From Thalassotalea sp. (GTDB lineage Bacteria; Pseudomonadota; Gammaproteobacteria; Enterobacterales; Alteromonadaceae), in NCBI GenBank assembly GCA_051251725.1, contig JBPOFN010000018.1, positions 15,811 to 79,810 on the forward strand: a stretch of 64,000 bases of DNA. The letters are read 5' to 3'. The notes under the pieces were generated by a model. The model had not been told where the DNA came from. It did no database searches and worked only from the letters and a program-made list of their open reading frames with translations. How positions within the stretch are numbered: the stretch's first letter is position 1; each line of letters opens with the position of its first letter. The translations under genes were made by a program, and so were the position numbers. Below are positions 37,246 to 47,168 of the stretch, piece after piece.

Positions 37246-39066
37246 CTATTTTTTCACTTTAAAACTCTCGCTTTTGATCATGAAGTTATTCTTATCAATC
37301 AAGACAAAAAGATATTCCACAACATCCTTTGGCAGCTTTGCCGTTACTGCTGTTTTCATACCTGCGTTAGTAACGATACTCGCATTTGTTCTGGTATATC
37401 TTTTGTCTTTTTTACCTTTAAATAACACATAGGCATAATCTAACGGAGTTTTGTTATCAGCAAGCTCAATAGTTGCCGTATGTTGTTTAGCATTGTATGC
37501 CTGATTTTCGATTACTGGTAAAGCTTTTTTATCTGCTTCGCTAAGACCTTTATACTCTGGGTTTTTACTTGGAAACTCTGCATTGTGATCAGCTAATAGA
37601 CGTTCAAGCTTAGCTGCAAGCGATTTAACAATATTGGCATACTGGTTATCACCAGCTAGATCACTTTGTTCACCAATATCATGAATTTTTCCTGCTTTAT
37701 ATAAGCGGAATAAAGAATAGCTGTTATCTTTATAGTTTTTGTAAAGTTTAAAATCACCTTCACGTATTGCTGATTGCATTTGAGAGTCTGAGTTGTGCGG
37801 GAAGTGCCACCACAAAAATTCTCGCTCGATACCGTCTGAATCTTTAACAGTATCACTTTTGCCATTCAGCACTGACGAAATATCAAGGCCACTTAGTTTG
37901 GCTTGCTGTTTAGCTGTAAGTGAAGTACCGGTTAGCTTCATAATGGTTGGAAAATAATCTAATTGATTAACCATATTATCAAACTGAGTTCCTGCTTTAA
38001 TGCTTGGTCCGCTAATGATCATAGGCACACGAACGCCGCCTTCTTGTGCATATTTTTTGCCTTTATCGAGCGGGGCATTATCGGTAATAATTTCACGACG
38101 ACGATCTTCAGCGCCGCCATTATCCGAGCTCATAAAGATGTAAGTGGTTTCAATAAGCTTTTTACCCGGGTTACGTGGATCATCGGTAGATTTAAGTAAA
38201 TCAACCACACGGCCTAAGCTCCAATCTACGGTGGTTACCATAGCGCCATAATATGGGTTAGTTTGCCCAGGCGTCGTAATGTCTGACTTATCCTTAGGGA
38301 AATCAATACCTAACTTATCAGTATAATATTCTAACAAGTTACGGTTACGAGTGATGATAGGGTAATGTACCATCCAATGTGCTAAATAAAGGAAAAATGG
38401 TTTTTCGTCATTGGTGCTATCACGAACAAACTTAAGTGCTTCTTCGGTTACTGGTTGGTAAGGGTAAGGGATACCGTTAGGATGCTTTTCACTTGTTGGG
38501 AAATATAGTTCTTTACCTAATGGAAATTTTTCTTTTTTGCCATAACCCGAAAAATCTTTAGAGCGATCTTTTAAGTCGCTGTGCGCGCCACGTTTGGTAT
38601 AAGCAACATCAAAGCCTTTTTTAGCGCCGTGAATGTGCCATTTACCAACTTGTGCTGTACGGTAGCCATTTTTTTGTAGTGCTTCACTAAGGATTATTTC
38701 ACCATCTTCATCGGGTAAGGTATTGATGAAAAAAGGTGCAATCATTTTTTGACTGTTAGCAGAGTTAGGAAGTCGATTGCCATTGACATGGGTAAAATAA
38801 GTTTTGGCAGGGTGCTGACCTGTTAATAAACCTGCACGTGATGGACCACAGGTTGGGGCAGGAGAATAGCCTTGAGTAAACAGCATACCTTCAGCTGCTA
38901 AAGCCTCCATGTTAGGCGTTTCCCATGGGCTGGGCTCACCGACATTATAAATATTGGTATCCTGCCAACCTAAGTCATCAACGTAGAATATTATAATATT
39001 GGGTTTAAATTCAGCATAAACCATGCTGCTGCACAATAAACTAAGAAGTACGCATAATACTCTCAT
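37246..39066 (-). CDS. S1 (formylglycine-dependent, Cys-type) sulfatase
   Basis: 606 aa with a signal peptide. NIIIFYVDDLGW, FGly motif PTCGPSRAGLLTG, GKWHIHG and SSDNGG. Confidence 0.9.
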   Translation of the reverse strand: MRVLCVLLSLLCSSMVYAEFKPNIIIFYVDDLGWQDTNIYNVGEPSPWETPNMEALAAEGMLFTQGYSPAPTCGPSRAGLLTGQHPAKTYFTHVNGNRLPNSANSQKMIAPFFINTLPDEDGEIILSEALQKNGYRTAQVGKWHIHGAKKGFDVAYTKRGAHSDLKDRSKDFSGYGKKEKFPLGKELYFPTSEKHPNGIPYPYQPVTEEALKFVRDSTNDEKPFFLYLAHWMVHYPIITRNRNLLEYYTDKLGIDFPKDKSDITTPGQTNPYYGAMVTTVDWSLGRVVDLLKSTDDPRNPGKKLIETTYIFMSSDNGGAEDRRREIITDNAPLDKGKKYAQEGGVRVPMIISGPSIKAGTQFDNMVNQLDYFPTIMKLTGTSLTAKQQAKLSGLDISSVLNGKSDTVKDSDGIEREFLWWHFPHNSDSQMQSAIREGDFKLYKNYKDNSYSLFRLYKAGKIHDIGEQSDLAGDNQYANIVKSLAAKLERLLADHNAEFPSKNPEYKGLSEADKKALPVIENQAYNAKQHTATIELADNKTPLDYAYVLFKGKKDKRYTRTNASIVTNAGMKTAVTAKLPKDVVEYLFVLIDKNNFMIKSESFKVKK

Positions 39067-39349
39067 CGATATAACCTTTCTCTTGTGTGTAAATAATGTG
39101 ACGAGCGTTTGTTTAACTTGTTGTCATCGTATTTGCCCATCCTGTTGTTGGCAAGCTTACCTATTATTTTAAAAGAAGCCAAAAACTTTACGTAATTTTA
39201 CGTTTATTATATATAATTTTACTTTATGGTTTGTGGTTTTTTAGTGGGAACGTTAATATTATCTCAATTTAATGTCTATTTTACTAAATGTATAGTTATA
39301 TTTTATATGTAATAAGCTTTTGTTTGGTGGGATGCGCAGCTATAAATAT

Positions 39350-40453
39350 TTATGATTTTTCATCGCCCTCGATATATTCCACATAACAATTTCGACCTTG
39401 ATCTTTCGCTTGATATAACGCGTGATCCGCGTGTTTAAATAGCGTTGTTTTATCGGTGTCTTTTGTAACTTGTGCTAAATAAAAACCAATAGAGCAGCTA
39501 ATGTAAGGGCCTGCTTTACCCTTACCGTGTTTTATTTTGGCCACAGCCCATTGCTCAATCATGCTATTAGCAAATTCAAGACACTTTTCATGGGTTACTT
39601 GCGAGGTAATAACAACAAACTCTTCCCCGCCATAACGGGCAACAATATCGGCTTCTCTTCTAAATAATTGTTTTAAATGGTCTGCTTGCTGCTTAATTAC
39701 TTCGTCCCCTTGGACATGGCCATAACCATCGTTATAGTCTTTAAAATAATCTAAGTCGATAATAAATACACACGTAGAATTGCCGGTACGTTTGTTTAAG
39801 CATAATTGTTCGGTAAACCTAGTTTCAAAAGTTCGTCTATTAAAAATACCGGTTAAATGATCTGTTTTACTTAATATTTCAAGGGTAATGTTAGCTTTAG
39901 ATAATTTTTTTAGTGCGTTTTCAATTTGGTAAACGCCAAGAACACCAACCAGCGAGCCGCAAAATACAAAACCTAAATAGACACTACTTTGTCCGCCATA
40001 AATAGGATAAAGAAAAACAATGCATGCGAAACCAACTACTGTTATGACGGAAAAAACTAACGCATATTTAAATGATAACCGAAAAACAAAGAGGGTGAAT
40101 AAGCTATACATTACCGTTCCTTCATACGGAAAAGCGAACTGCGCTAACTGCCAACACTGAATAATTAACCAATAATTAATATAGAGAATACTAAGCATGG
40201 TAACGAGGAGTATTTTTTGATATTGCTTTAAAAATGAAGGATGGAAACTAGATAATAAAAACAAACCACACAGCGGAAACTGCATTTCTAGTCTTGATTG
40301 TAGGTAGACGCTTTTTAAATTTTCAGGAAGCAAGGTAAAGTCAGCAATCATAAAGCTGGCTAATAAGCCAGTGCCAATAATGATAAGTAATCTGATTTGT
40401 TTTAATGACAAAGCACTTTGTTCAATAATTTGTTTGTAAGGGCTTTTCATCAT
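39350..40453 (-). CDS. membrane-bound diguanylate cyclase (GGDEF domain, GGEEF active site, RxxD I-site)
   Basis: 367 aa with ~6 N-terminal TM helices. The C-terminal domain has DHLTGIFNRR, DLDYFKDYNDGYGH and RREADIVARYGGEEFVV. Confidence 0.88.
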   Translation of the reverse strand: MMKSPYKQIIEQSALSLKQIRLLIIIGTGLLASFMIADFTLLPENLKSVYLQSRLEMQFPLCGLFLLSSFHPSFLKQYQKILLVTMLSILYINYWLIIQCWQLAQFAFPYEGTVMYSLFTLFVFRLSFKYALVFSVITVVGFACIVFLYPIYGGQSSVYLGFVFCGSLVGVLGVYQIENALKKLSKANITLEILSKTDHLTGIFNRRTFETRFTEQLCLNKRTGNSTCVFIIDLDYFKDYNDGYGHVQGDEVIKQQADHLKQLFRREADIVARYGGEEFVVITSQVTHEKCLEFANSMIEQWAVAKIKHGKGKAGPYISCSIGFYLAQVTKDTDKTTLFKHADHALYQAKDQGRNCYVEYIEGDEKS

Positions 40454-40747
40454 TTTATTTCATATATAGATTTAATTAATTTGATTACCTTAATTAAAGG
40501 TTAATATTTTTAGAACATCAAATTATAATTTGATTGTTGGTAAGTTAACTTGTTAAAAAAACAGCTAAAGGTAATTTATTGATTTTTAATGTATCTTTTG
40601 CAGTATTACCGAAATAATATTATTTTAAACGTTGAAAGGTAGCGCCGAGGGGAACAATGGATGTTAGAAGAAATAACTTTGTCTTTCTATATCATTTTTT
40701 TATATCTGCTTTGCTATATTCTAACGTTTAAAGCGGCTATAAAATAA

Positions 40748-40776
40748 GGGGCTGTAGATAATTAATCGACAGCCCC
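40748..40776 (-). terminator. terminator-like hairpin downstream of the beta-helix gene
   Basis: 8-bp GC-rich stem ggggctgt / acagcccc with a 13-nt loop. On the minus strand it is followed by ttatttta. It lies 26 nt after the stop at 40802. Confidence 0.5.
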
Positions 40777-40801
40777 TAAACAACTAAATTTTTAATATAG
40801 C

Positions 40802-43045
40802 TTAGTGATTATTTGGCTTAGTGCGTAAACCTACTTTTGATATATCAAAAGGTTTAATGCCCATTTTTAAAGCGGGCGAACCGGGTTTGAAGCTAAAGTC
40901 ACCATTTTCCGGATCAACAAACATTGGGTCGACGTTTTGGCTATTAGCATCAGTGCCGGCACTTTGTAGTTTTTTTAGCACCTTGTCGCTAAGGCTTAGA
41001 TCTTGTTTACAGAAGAAAATATTGTTATCAGAATCTACATCTTGCATGCGAGCAGTCACGCGTCCTCGGCTATCTTCACCAAACTTTTTATCTTTGCCGC
41101 CACCTGGTTGTGAAATAAAAGCACAATCTGGCATCGAAGAATAATAAATATTACCTTTGTTAGTAGCGCCATTCATAGGTCCTTCAACAATTTTCAGGTA
41201 CGTGCCTCGCGGCGCAATCACATCAGCGATAATGTTGTTTTCAAAACGATTGTTTAACTTTAAGGTCATGCCTTGTGATTTGGCTTTGTAAATTAAGTTT
41301 TCGCTGATCAGAGTATCCATTTGTCCACCATCAGTTCGAATTGCCCCTTGTGCGTTAATCTCAGTCACCAAATGGTGAATATAGTTCCGGCGGATAATAT
41401 TACCTGGGCCTGCTCCGCGAATATAAATGCCATTACCGTCGCCTAAAATTTGCATCGCATGATGAATCTCATTGAGTTCTATGAGGTTATTTCGGGTATG
41501 CAAATAGGGAAGAACATCATCTAAGGATGGATTCGTTTTAGGCTTCTCTGCTATTTCATGCCAACGAATGGTTCTTGATGATTCGCGCTTGTTTTGTTTA
41601 ACAAAAAAGCGGGTGACAAAACCGGAAACATTAAGCGCGGTATAATTAGTATGATGGATCAAGTTATTTGCCACGCGGTTGTCACCGCTTTGATTGACAT
41701 AAATTCCCGGCGAATGCCAATAGATCAGTCCAACATGGTGAATATCATTGTTATAAACGAGGTTATGCTTGTTTACGTCTTTTGTACCAGGACCATATCC
41801 GCTGAGCAATATGCCGCCGCCACCTAAATATTCAATATGATTATTAGATATTTTGTTATTAATACCATGTAAATCAACTCTAATTGCACTGCTGCCACTA
41901 TGAAGAAAATGGCTGTTTTCGATAACACAATTTTCTGCGCCACGAAAACGAACAAGGGCATTGGCTTTATCGAGAAAATCCCAGTCGTGTTGTAAGCCTT
42001 TGTCATCTTTGCTGAGGGTAAAGCGTTCACCATGTTTAAAGGTTAAGCCACGAAAGTGTATGTTTTTTACTGGAATATCCCTTGGTCCTTGTTCGTCTAT
42101 CTTACCTTCAACGCGAATAAACTCAATGAGTTGTGGTGCAATTACAGCTGATTTGTTTCTTGGCCATAAGTACACTTTACCGGTTTGAGTATTAAGTGCC
42201 CATTCACCTGGTTGGTCTAATTCTTCTATAACGTTTTCAAGCCAAAAGCCTTTTTTGTTCATGCCATAGGTCGCAGGAACCGACGTGTAAGCAGCACCTT
42301 TTTTTTCATCAACTGATGCTAATGGGAGCACGTTCATCACCCAAGCACGGGTAGGGCGAACTGAGATCTCTACGTCTGCCACATTTGACCAGTTTTTTAA
42401 GCGGCCTTTTGGAAACATCAACTTGGTACTTGTGCTTCCAGGTAAAGGCGTAATTTTCTCAGATTGGGCTCGAGGTAACATGCCCTTTGCATCATAAAGT
42501 GTTAAGAATTTACTTGAGGTGTTGGCTTCCCAAACGTTGCCTTGTGCGACCTTAGGTAAATTAGCCAGTTTGCCTGATACTTTTTTCCAGCCTGTTATTT
42601 CATGGCCGGAGCTGAATATTGGTGTTTCTTCAGGGTAAGCGGCGTAGGTAATGGTTGTGTTGTCAAGCCCTGAGTCTTCCAAACCAAAAACAACGGTTTT
42701 GTTTAATGTGTATGTGCCTTCACGGATCAACACCAAGATATCTGTCGATTTTTTATTTTTCAAATCTCGAACGGCGTCGCGTGCGCGTTCTAATGTCGCA
42801 AAAGGGCCATCGGTGCCTTGTTGGTTTGGCGTTGCAAGTGTGCCAGACCATGCATCTGAGCCTTGCGCCGATAAGTAAAAATCGGCTTGCGGTGACGCTA
42901 GGCAAGATAGGCTTACTACCATTAACAGCCAACTATAAATGAGCCAGTTTTTAATCATCTTTTTTCCTTTGAGTTGTGTGCATTTTTTAGTCTCATTTTT
43001 CATCGTGATTTTTATAAAATAAAAAAAAACAGATAAAAAAATCAT
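40802..43045 (-). CDS. secreted right-handed parallel beta-helix repeat protein (candidate glycanase/lyase), paralog of 53748..56186
   Basis: The track ORF is 747 aa. The probable true start is the ATG at 42958 (MIKNWLIYSWLLMVVSLSCLASPQA signal peptide). N-terminal DFYLSAQGSDAWSGTL..GPFATLERARDAVR. Multiple N-x-I/V-x-N beta-helix rungs (NNKISNNHIEY, VYNNDIHH, VANNLIHH, RRNYIHH). C-terminal PMFVDPENGDFSFKPGSPA. Confidence 0.75.
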   Translation of the reverse strand: MIFLSVFFYFIKITMKNETKKCTQLKGKKMIKNWLIYSWLLMVVSLSCLASPQADFYLSAQGSDAWSGTLATPNQQGTDGPFATLERARDAVRDLKNKKSTDILVLIREGTYTLNKTVVFGLEDSGLDNTTITYAAYPEETPIFSSGHEITGWKKVSGKLANLPKVAQGNVWEANTSSKFLTLYDAKGMLPRAQSEKITPLPGSTSTKLMFPKGRLKNWSNVADVEISVRPTRAWVMNVLPLASVDEKKGAAYTSVPATYGMNKKGFWLENVIEELDQPGEWALNTQTGKVYLWPRNKSAVIAPQLIEFIRVEGKIDEQGPRDIPVKNIHFRGLTFKHGERFTLSKDDKGLQHDWDFLDKANALVRFRGAENCVIENSHFLHSGSSAIRVDLHGINNKISNNHIEYLGGGGILLSGYGPGTKDVNKHNLVYNNDIHHVGLIYWHSPGIYVNQSGDNRVANNLIHHTNYTALNVSGFVTRFFVKQNKRESSRTIRWHEIAEKPKTNPSLDDVLPYLHTRNNLIELNEIHHAMQILGDGNGIYIRGAGPGNIIRRNYIHHLVTEINAQGAIRTDGGQMDTLISENLIYKAKSQGMTLKLNNRFENNIIADVIAPRGTYLKIVEGPMNGATNKGNIYYSSMPDCAFISQPGGGKDKKFGEDSRGRVTARMQDVDSDNNIFFCKQDLSLSDKVLKKLQSAGTDANSQNVDPMFVDPENGDFSFKPGSPALKMGIKPFDISKVGLRTKPNNH

Positions 43046-43456
43046 GAATAGTTTAATTTTTATGTGTGACCAATTGTATGTAAAAGGATTTTTAGTGTCG
43101 ATAATAATTTATGATTTGTTTTTTGTTTATAAATACCTTCAATATAAGTGCTTGTTTATTATGTGGGTTTAGGTTTGTTGTCGTTTGTTCTTATGTTGTT
43201 AATTTATAAAACCACACGCAATATGTGATTATTATAATTAATAATACCGTTCGGGGCGTTGTAATATCTAGATGGAGTTGTTATGTTGGTGCTATCTCCA
43301 AGTGGTTTTTTTTCATACAGCTAAGGAGTTGTTGGGTGTATGGATAGTTGATTAAATAATCGATCAAAAGCTTTGAGATGTTTGTATTCATAAGGGGTAA
43401 GAGATTCTATCTATGATGAATTCATATTAATTAGAACAACAATATAAAGGAAATAT

Positions 43457-43585
43457 ATGATGTTTAAACAAAGTAAACGGTGTCTATTTTTAGTTCTAGC
43501 AGTATTACTTAGTGGCTCACTTCAAGTACAAGCACAGGTGCTTTTTGATGGGAACTCTATTTCTAGTATCAAGTTTATTCAATGA
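43457..43585 (+). pseudogene. 42-codon ORF = duplicated and truncated 5-prime end of the 49728..52619 gene family
   Basis: Hand translation gives MMFKQSKRCLFLVLAVLLSGSLQVQAQVLFDGNSISSIKFIQ*, compared with MICKKNKQCLAFIIGALLSGSLHAEEQVFFDKNSSAILTSIE at 49728. Nucleotide similarity is also visible (tattacttagtggctcacttca vs cattactaagtggttcactcca). An AAGGA RBS lies at ~43448. Confidence 0.5.
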
Positions 43586-43730
43586 AAATAATTAATAAGG
43601 TATAGCCAATAAACTTTAGGATGCTGACAACAGCAGCCGTTGATTGGTTTTATATCTACTTACATCCATAAAAAAACAAACAAACAATAAAAAAATAAAA
43701 AATATTACAATAAAAACTCAAGGGAAAATT

Positions 43731-46700
43731 ATGAGCATCAATAAAAAACCTGCACGTAAACAGTTTATAAAAAACAAACTTACACTGGCGGTGGCAACGG
43801 CGCTAATACCCGTTGCACTAGCGACTAGTCAATTAGCCAACGCAGCTGAAGAAACTACAACTTCAGCTGAAGCAGCAGCAATAGCCAAAGTAAAAGCAGC
43901 AGCAAAAGCAAAAGCAGAAGCGGCAGTAGAAGTTAAAAAACCCGATGAAACTGACGTAATGGAAGTGATTGAAGTCGAAGGTTTTAGAAGTAGTGCCACC
44001 AGACAACTTAATAATAAACGTTTTGCAGATGGCATTAGTGATTCTATCTTTGCGGAAGATATGGGTAAGATGCCAGATGCCAATATTGCTGAAGCTATGT
44101 CGCGTATTACCGGTATTGGTATCGACCGTGTTGACGGTGAAGGCACCGAAATCACCGTTCGAGGTGTTGAAGGTAGTTATAATAACGTGACCATGAATGG
44201 CGTTACTATGACCAACAGTGGTGACGACAACAGTGTTGATTTTTCTAGTATGTCAGCTGATATGCTACGTTCAATTGAAGTTATCAAAAGCCCAAGTGCG
44301 AAGGACGATGAAGGTAGCTTAGGCGCAACAATTAGGTTAAATACTTGGAAACCACTGGATCTTAAAAAACCAAGAACGACTATTAATATTAAGGGCGTTT
44401 ATAATGACTTATCGGAAGATTTTAGTCCATCTATAGGTTTGGCGTTTGGCCGAAACTTTACTGATTCCTTCGGAATGACAGCTTCGGTTAATTACTCAAA
44501 AACTAAGACTCGCTCAGACAGAACAACAAATAGCAAATGGCAATTTCGTCAGTCAGTACTTGCAGTTGACACAGACGGTAACCCGTTAGGGGCTAATTAC
44601 TGGATAAAAGATATGCCGGAAGACTTTGATGGAAATGGCATACCTGACCAACCTTATGTTCCAGGCGAAGGGAGAACAATAACATTCGACCCATACGCTT
44701 ATGAAAGAAACCTTAGCTTTAATGAAACAGAAAACCTTAGTTTGTCGTCATCACTGCAATATATTATAAATGACAATTCAAGTATTATATTAAATCTGAC
44801 CCACTCAGACAAAGATAAGTTTACCACACAGTATAACCTTAATATGCAGCAAGTTTTTACAGCTGAAGGTCCGGAAGCTGCTAGAACTTATCCTACTGGT
44901 GTTCTTGGTGAAGATGGTTCTTTATTACAACTGTGGGGGCCCCTGCCTAATGCGCGCCAAGTGGTATGGGAAAAGCCAATTGTCACGGCAAGTGATAATA
45001 TTGGTTTAGACTATCAACAGCTTCTATTTGATGGTACGTGGACATTAGATGCAAAAATAGGTTATAGCCACTCAACCCAATCGTGGCCTATTGAAAGGTC
45101 TCGTAAAGTCATATTCAACTCTAACTTTGGTACTTCGCCTGCTCAACCAGCAACTGCCGATTGGCGTGATGGTAATGGTGGCTTGTTAATTTCTCCTCAA
45201 TTTGGAACTGCTAGCGGCGAATATTATCCTAGTGAATACATGCCGGTGCAGAATGCTCAATTTATTGTAAAAGAGAGAGACGATGTCAGCATAACCTACT
45301 CACTTGATTTAGAAGGTGATATTGATTTTGGCCCTATTGTCGGCATGTCAATTGGTGCGAAGGTTATTTCTCGCGAGGCAAAAGGTGAAGCCTTAACCTT
45401 TAACTTAGATAGAGGCTCTGAACTCTACCCCGATTCTACCCGAAATGAAGCGGGACAACTGCTATCTGACATTTCTGTGGCTGATTACTCGAAAGAGTTT
45501 ACAGCAAACAACTATTTAACAGACATTATTGGCGGTACTGCTAACGGTTGGGATTTGCCAGATATTGATGCTATTTATAATGACTATTTCCCAGATCCTC
45601 TTGTAGCAACATCATCAAGTAATCCTCTGTTAACTTTTGCCGAGGCTTATGATGCTGATGAGCCAACTAATACACAATTTGCCTCTCAGGCATTTTACCT
45701 GATGTTCAACTATGAATTTTTGGATGGCGATTTAAGGGGTAATTTTGGTTATCGATATAGTGAGACTCAATCTGAGGCAAGGAGCCGTTCAGGATTTCGT
45801 TTCAGAGGATACAACCCTGAAGGCAGAGAAATAGTTGATGAATTTGGCTATGGTACTGGAGAGTACGAGGGTGCTTTTAACGGATCTAACTTCGATATTA
45901 CTACCGTGGTTACTGGTGAAGTTGATTATGGCATCGGTTTGCCCAGCTTTAATGCTCGATACAGTATTTCGCCAGACATGTTGTTACGCTTTAGTTTTGG
46001 CAAAAGTATGTCCAGACCTAGACCGTCTCGATTAATTCCAGCTTACCTCATTACTGCGAGAGCGGAAGGAAATACACCAACTGCTAACGGCGGAAATCCA
46101 GATTTAGGCGCGACAGAAGTTAATTCATATGACTTATCATGGGAATGGTATTTCAAAAAGACTGCGATGGTCTCTATTGCACCTTACTTTAAAGATTTTG
46201 TCTCAATGACATATACGAGAACAGATGACCGTGGGTTTCCTTTGAGCGAATGTGCTTTAGCAGAAGAGTTTCCTACTAATATAAGAACGGAAGAAGAGAT
46301 TGCAGCAGCACTGGAATCCGGAGTTATACTGTTGGATGGTATTAATCAACAACCATACCGTGACTTACATTGTGGACGAATTACAGAAGGAGTGGAAACT
46401 AGAACATTTTTTAATGGTGATGGCGGTAAAATCTTTGGTATTGAAACAGCATATCAACAAGATTTAGACTTTTTACCAGGATTCCTACAACACACCGGTA
46501 TTATTCTTAACTACACCTATACAGATAGTGCAGCGACCTATGTTGACAAAAATGGTACTCAACAAGAGCAAGATGAGGCAAAACTGTTAGATGGATTTCC
46601 TATGCGAAATACCTCTAAAGATACCGTCAATGCTACCGTGTATTGGGAAAATGAAGGGTTCTCCGCTCGATTTGCCTATAATTATCGTTCTAAGCGACTT

Positions 46701-46973
46701 AAAAATGCGAGTAACTGGGATGGTGCATTATGGGAGGATGACCGTGAAACGGTTGATTTCTCGTCTAGGTATAAAATGGACAAAAATTTGTCGTTTACTT
46801 TAGCCGTAACTAACCTGACTAAATCGTATAATCGTACATTTATTACTCGTTTAAAAGAAAGGCCCGGTCTCCCAAGTGAAGGTAGCGCTTTAGATGGCGC
46901 ACCTGATTGGAGAACATACACCGCTGATTACAACGGACGTAACGTTAGAATGGGTATGACATACAGATTCTAA
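43731..46973 (+). CDS. TonB-dependent outer-membrane receptor (polysaccharide/oligosaccharide type)
   Basis: The track ORF starts at 43644. The ATG at 43731 with the upstream aggga gives a signal peptide (..LAVATALIPVALATSQLANA). This is followed by an Ala/Lys-rich linker, the TonB-box-like DVMEVIEVEGF, the plug block DSIFAEDMGKMPDANIAEAMSRITGIGIDRVDGEGTEITVRG and the C-terminal NVRMGMTYRF. Confidence 0.9.
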   Translation: MSINKKPARKQFIKNKLTLAVATALIPVALATSQLANAAEETTTSAEAAAIAKVKAAAKAKAEAAVEVKKPDETDVMEVIEVEGFRSSATRQLNNKRFADGISDSIFAEDMGKMPDANIAEAMSRITGIGIDRVDGEGTEITVRGVEGSYNNVTMNGVTMTNSGDDNSVDFSSMSADMLRSIEVIKSPSAKDDEGSLGATIRLNTWKPLDLKKPRTTINIKGVYNDLSEDFSPSIGLAFGRNFTDSFGMTASVNYSKTKTRSDRTTNSKWQFRQSVLAVDTDGNPLGANYWIKDMPEDFDGNGIPDQPYVPGEGRTITFDPYAYERNLSFNETENLSLSSSLQYIINDNSSIILNLTHSDKDKFTTQYNLNMQQVFTAEGPEAARTYPTGVLGEDGSLLQLWGPLPNARQVVWEKPIVTASDNIGLDYQQLLFDGTWTLDAKIGYSHSTQSWPIERSRKVIFNSNFGTSPAQPATADWRDGNGGLLISPQFGTASGEYYPSEYMPVQNAQFIVKERDDVSITYSLDLEGDIDFGPIVGMSIGAKVISREAKGEALTFNLDRGSELYPDSTRNEAGQLLSDISVADYSKEFTANNYLTDIIGGTANGWDLPDIDAIYNDYFPDPLVATSSSNPLLTFAEAYDADEPTNTQFASQAFYLMFNYEFLDGDLRGNFGYRYSETQSEARSRSGFRFRGYNPEGREIVDEFGYGTGEYEGAFNGSNFDITTVVTGEVDYGIGLPSFNARYSISPDMLLRFSFGKSMSRPRPSRLIPAYLITARAEGNTPTANGGNPDLGATEVNSYDLSWEWYFKKTAMVSIAPYFKDFVSMTYTRTDDRGFPLSECALAEEFPTNIRTEEEIAAALESGVILLDGINQQPYRDLHCGRITEGVETRTFFNGDGGKIFGIETAYQQDLDFLPGFLQHTGIILNYTYTDSAATYVDKNGTQQEQDEAKLLDGFPMRNTSKDTVNATVYWENEGFSARFAYNYRSKRLKNASNWDGALWEDDRETVDFSSRYKMDKNLSFTLAVTNLTKSYNRTFITRLKERPGLPSEGSALDGAPDWRTYTADYNGRNVRMGMTYRF

Positions 46974-47102
46974 ATTTTATTAAAATTTAAGCAGTGCGAT
47001 TAGCGTTCAGACTTTGTGTTAATTATTTACATGTCTCAATTTAATAACGCTATATATCAATGCTCTCTATGGGTTGTTAATACCTTGCTTCTTACAGGCG
47101 AA

Positions 47103-47112
47103 GTTAATTAAC
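47103..47112. promoter_or_regulatory. 10-bp perfect palindrome GTTAATTAAC (candidate operator), also at 61657 and 61683
   Basis: Read directly. It lies 57 nt upstream of the ATG at 47169 and shares the flanking A (AGTTAATTAAC) with the two copies before 61707. Confidence 0.3.
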
Positions 47113-47168
47113 AACCTGCATGGGACTATATAAATAATAAATAATAAATTATAAATAAAGGATACTTT

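Noticed and set aside
37159-37425. 88-aa plus-strand ORF spanning the terminator and the 3-prime end of the sulfatase gene.
   Set aside because: It overlaps the bidirectional terminator and the well-supported minus-strand sulfatase CDS, and it has no motifs.
43644-43730. N-terminal extensions of track ORFs: the first 29 codons of the TBDR ORF, and likewise 42959..43045 of the beta-helix ORF and 53748..53774.
   Set aside because: The extensions are Lys/Ile/Asn-rich AT-driven sequence preceding an internal Met that gives a canonical signal peptide. For the TBDR that Met also has an SD-like sequence. Downstream starts are preferred.
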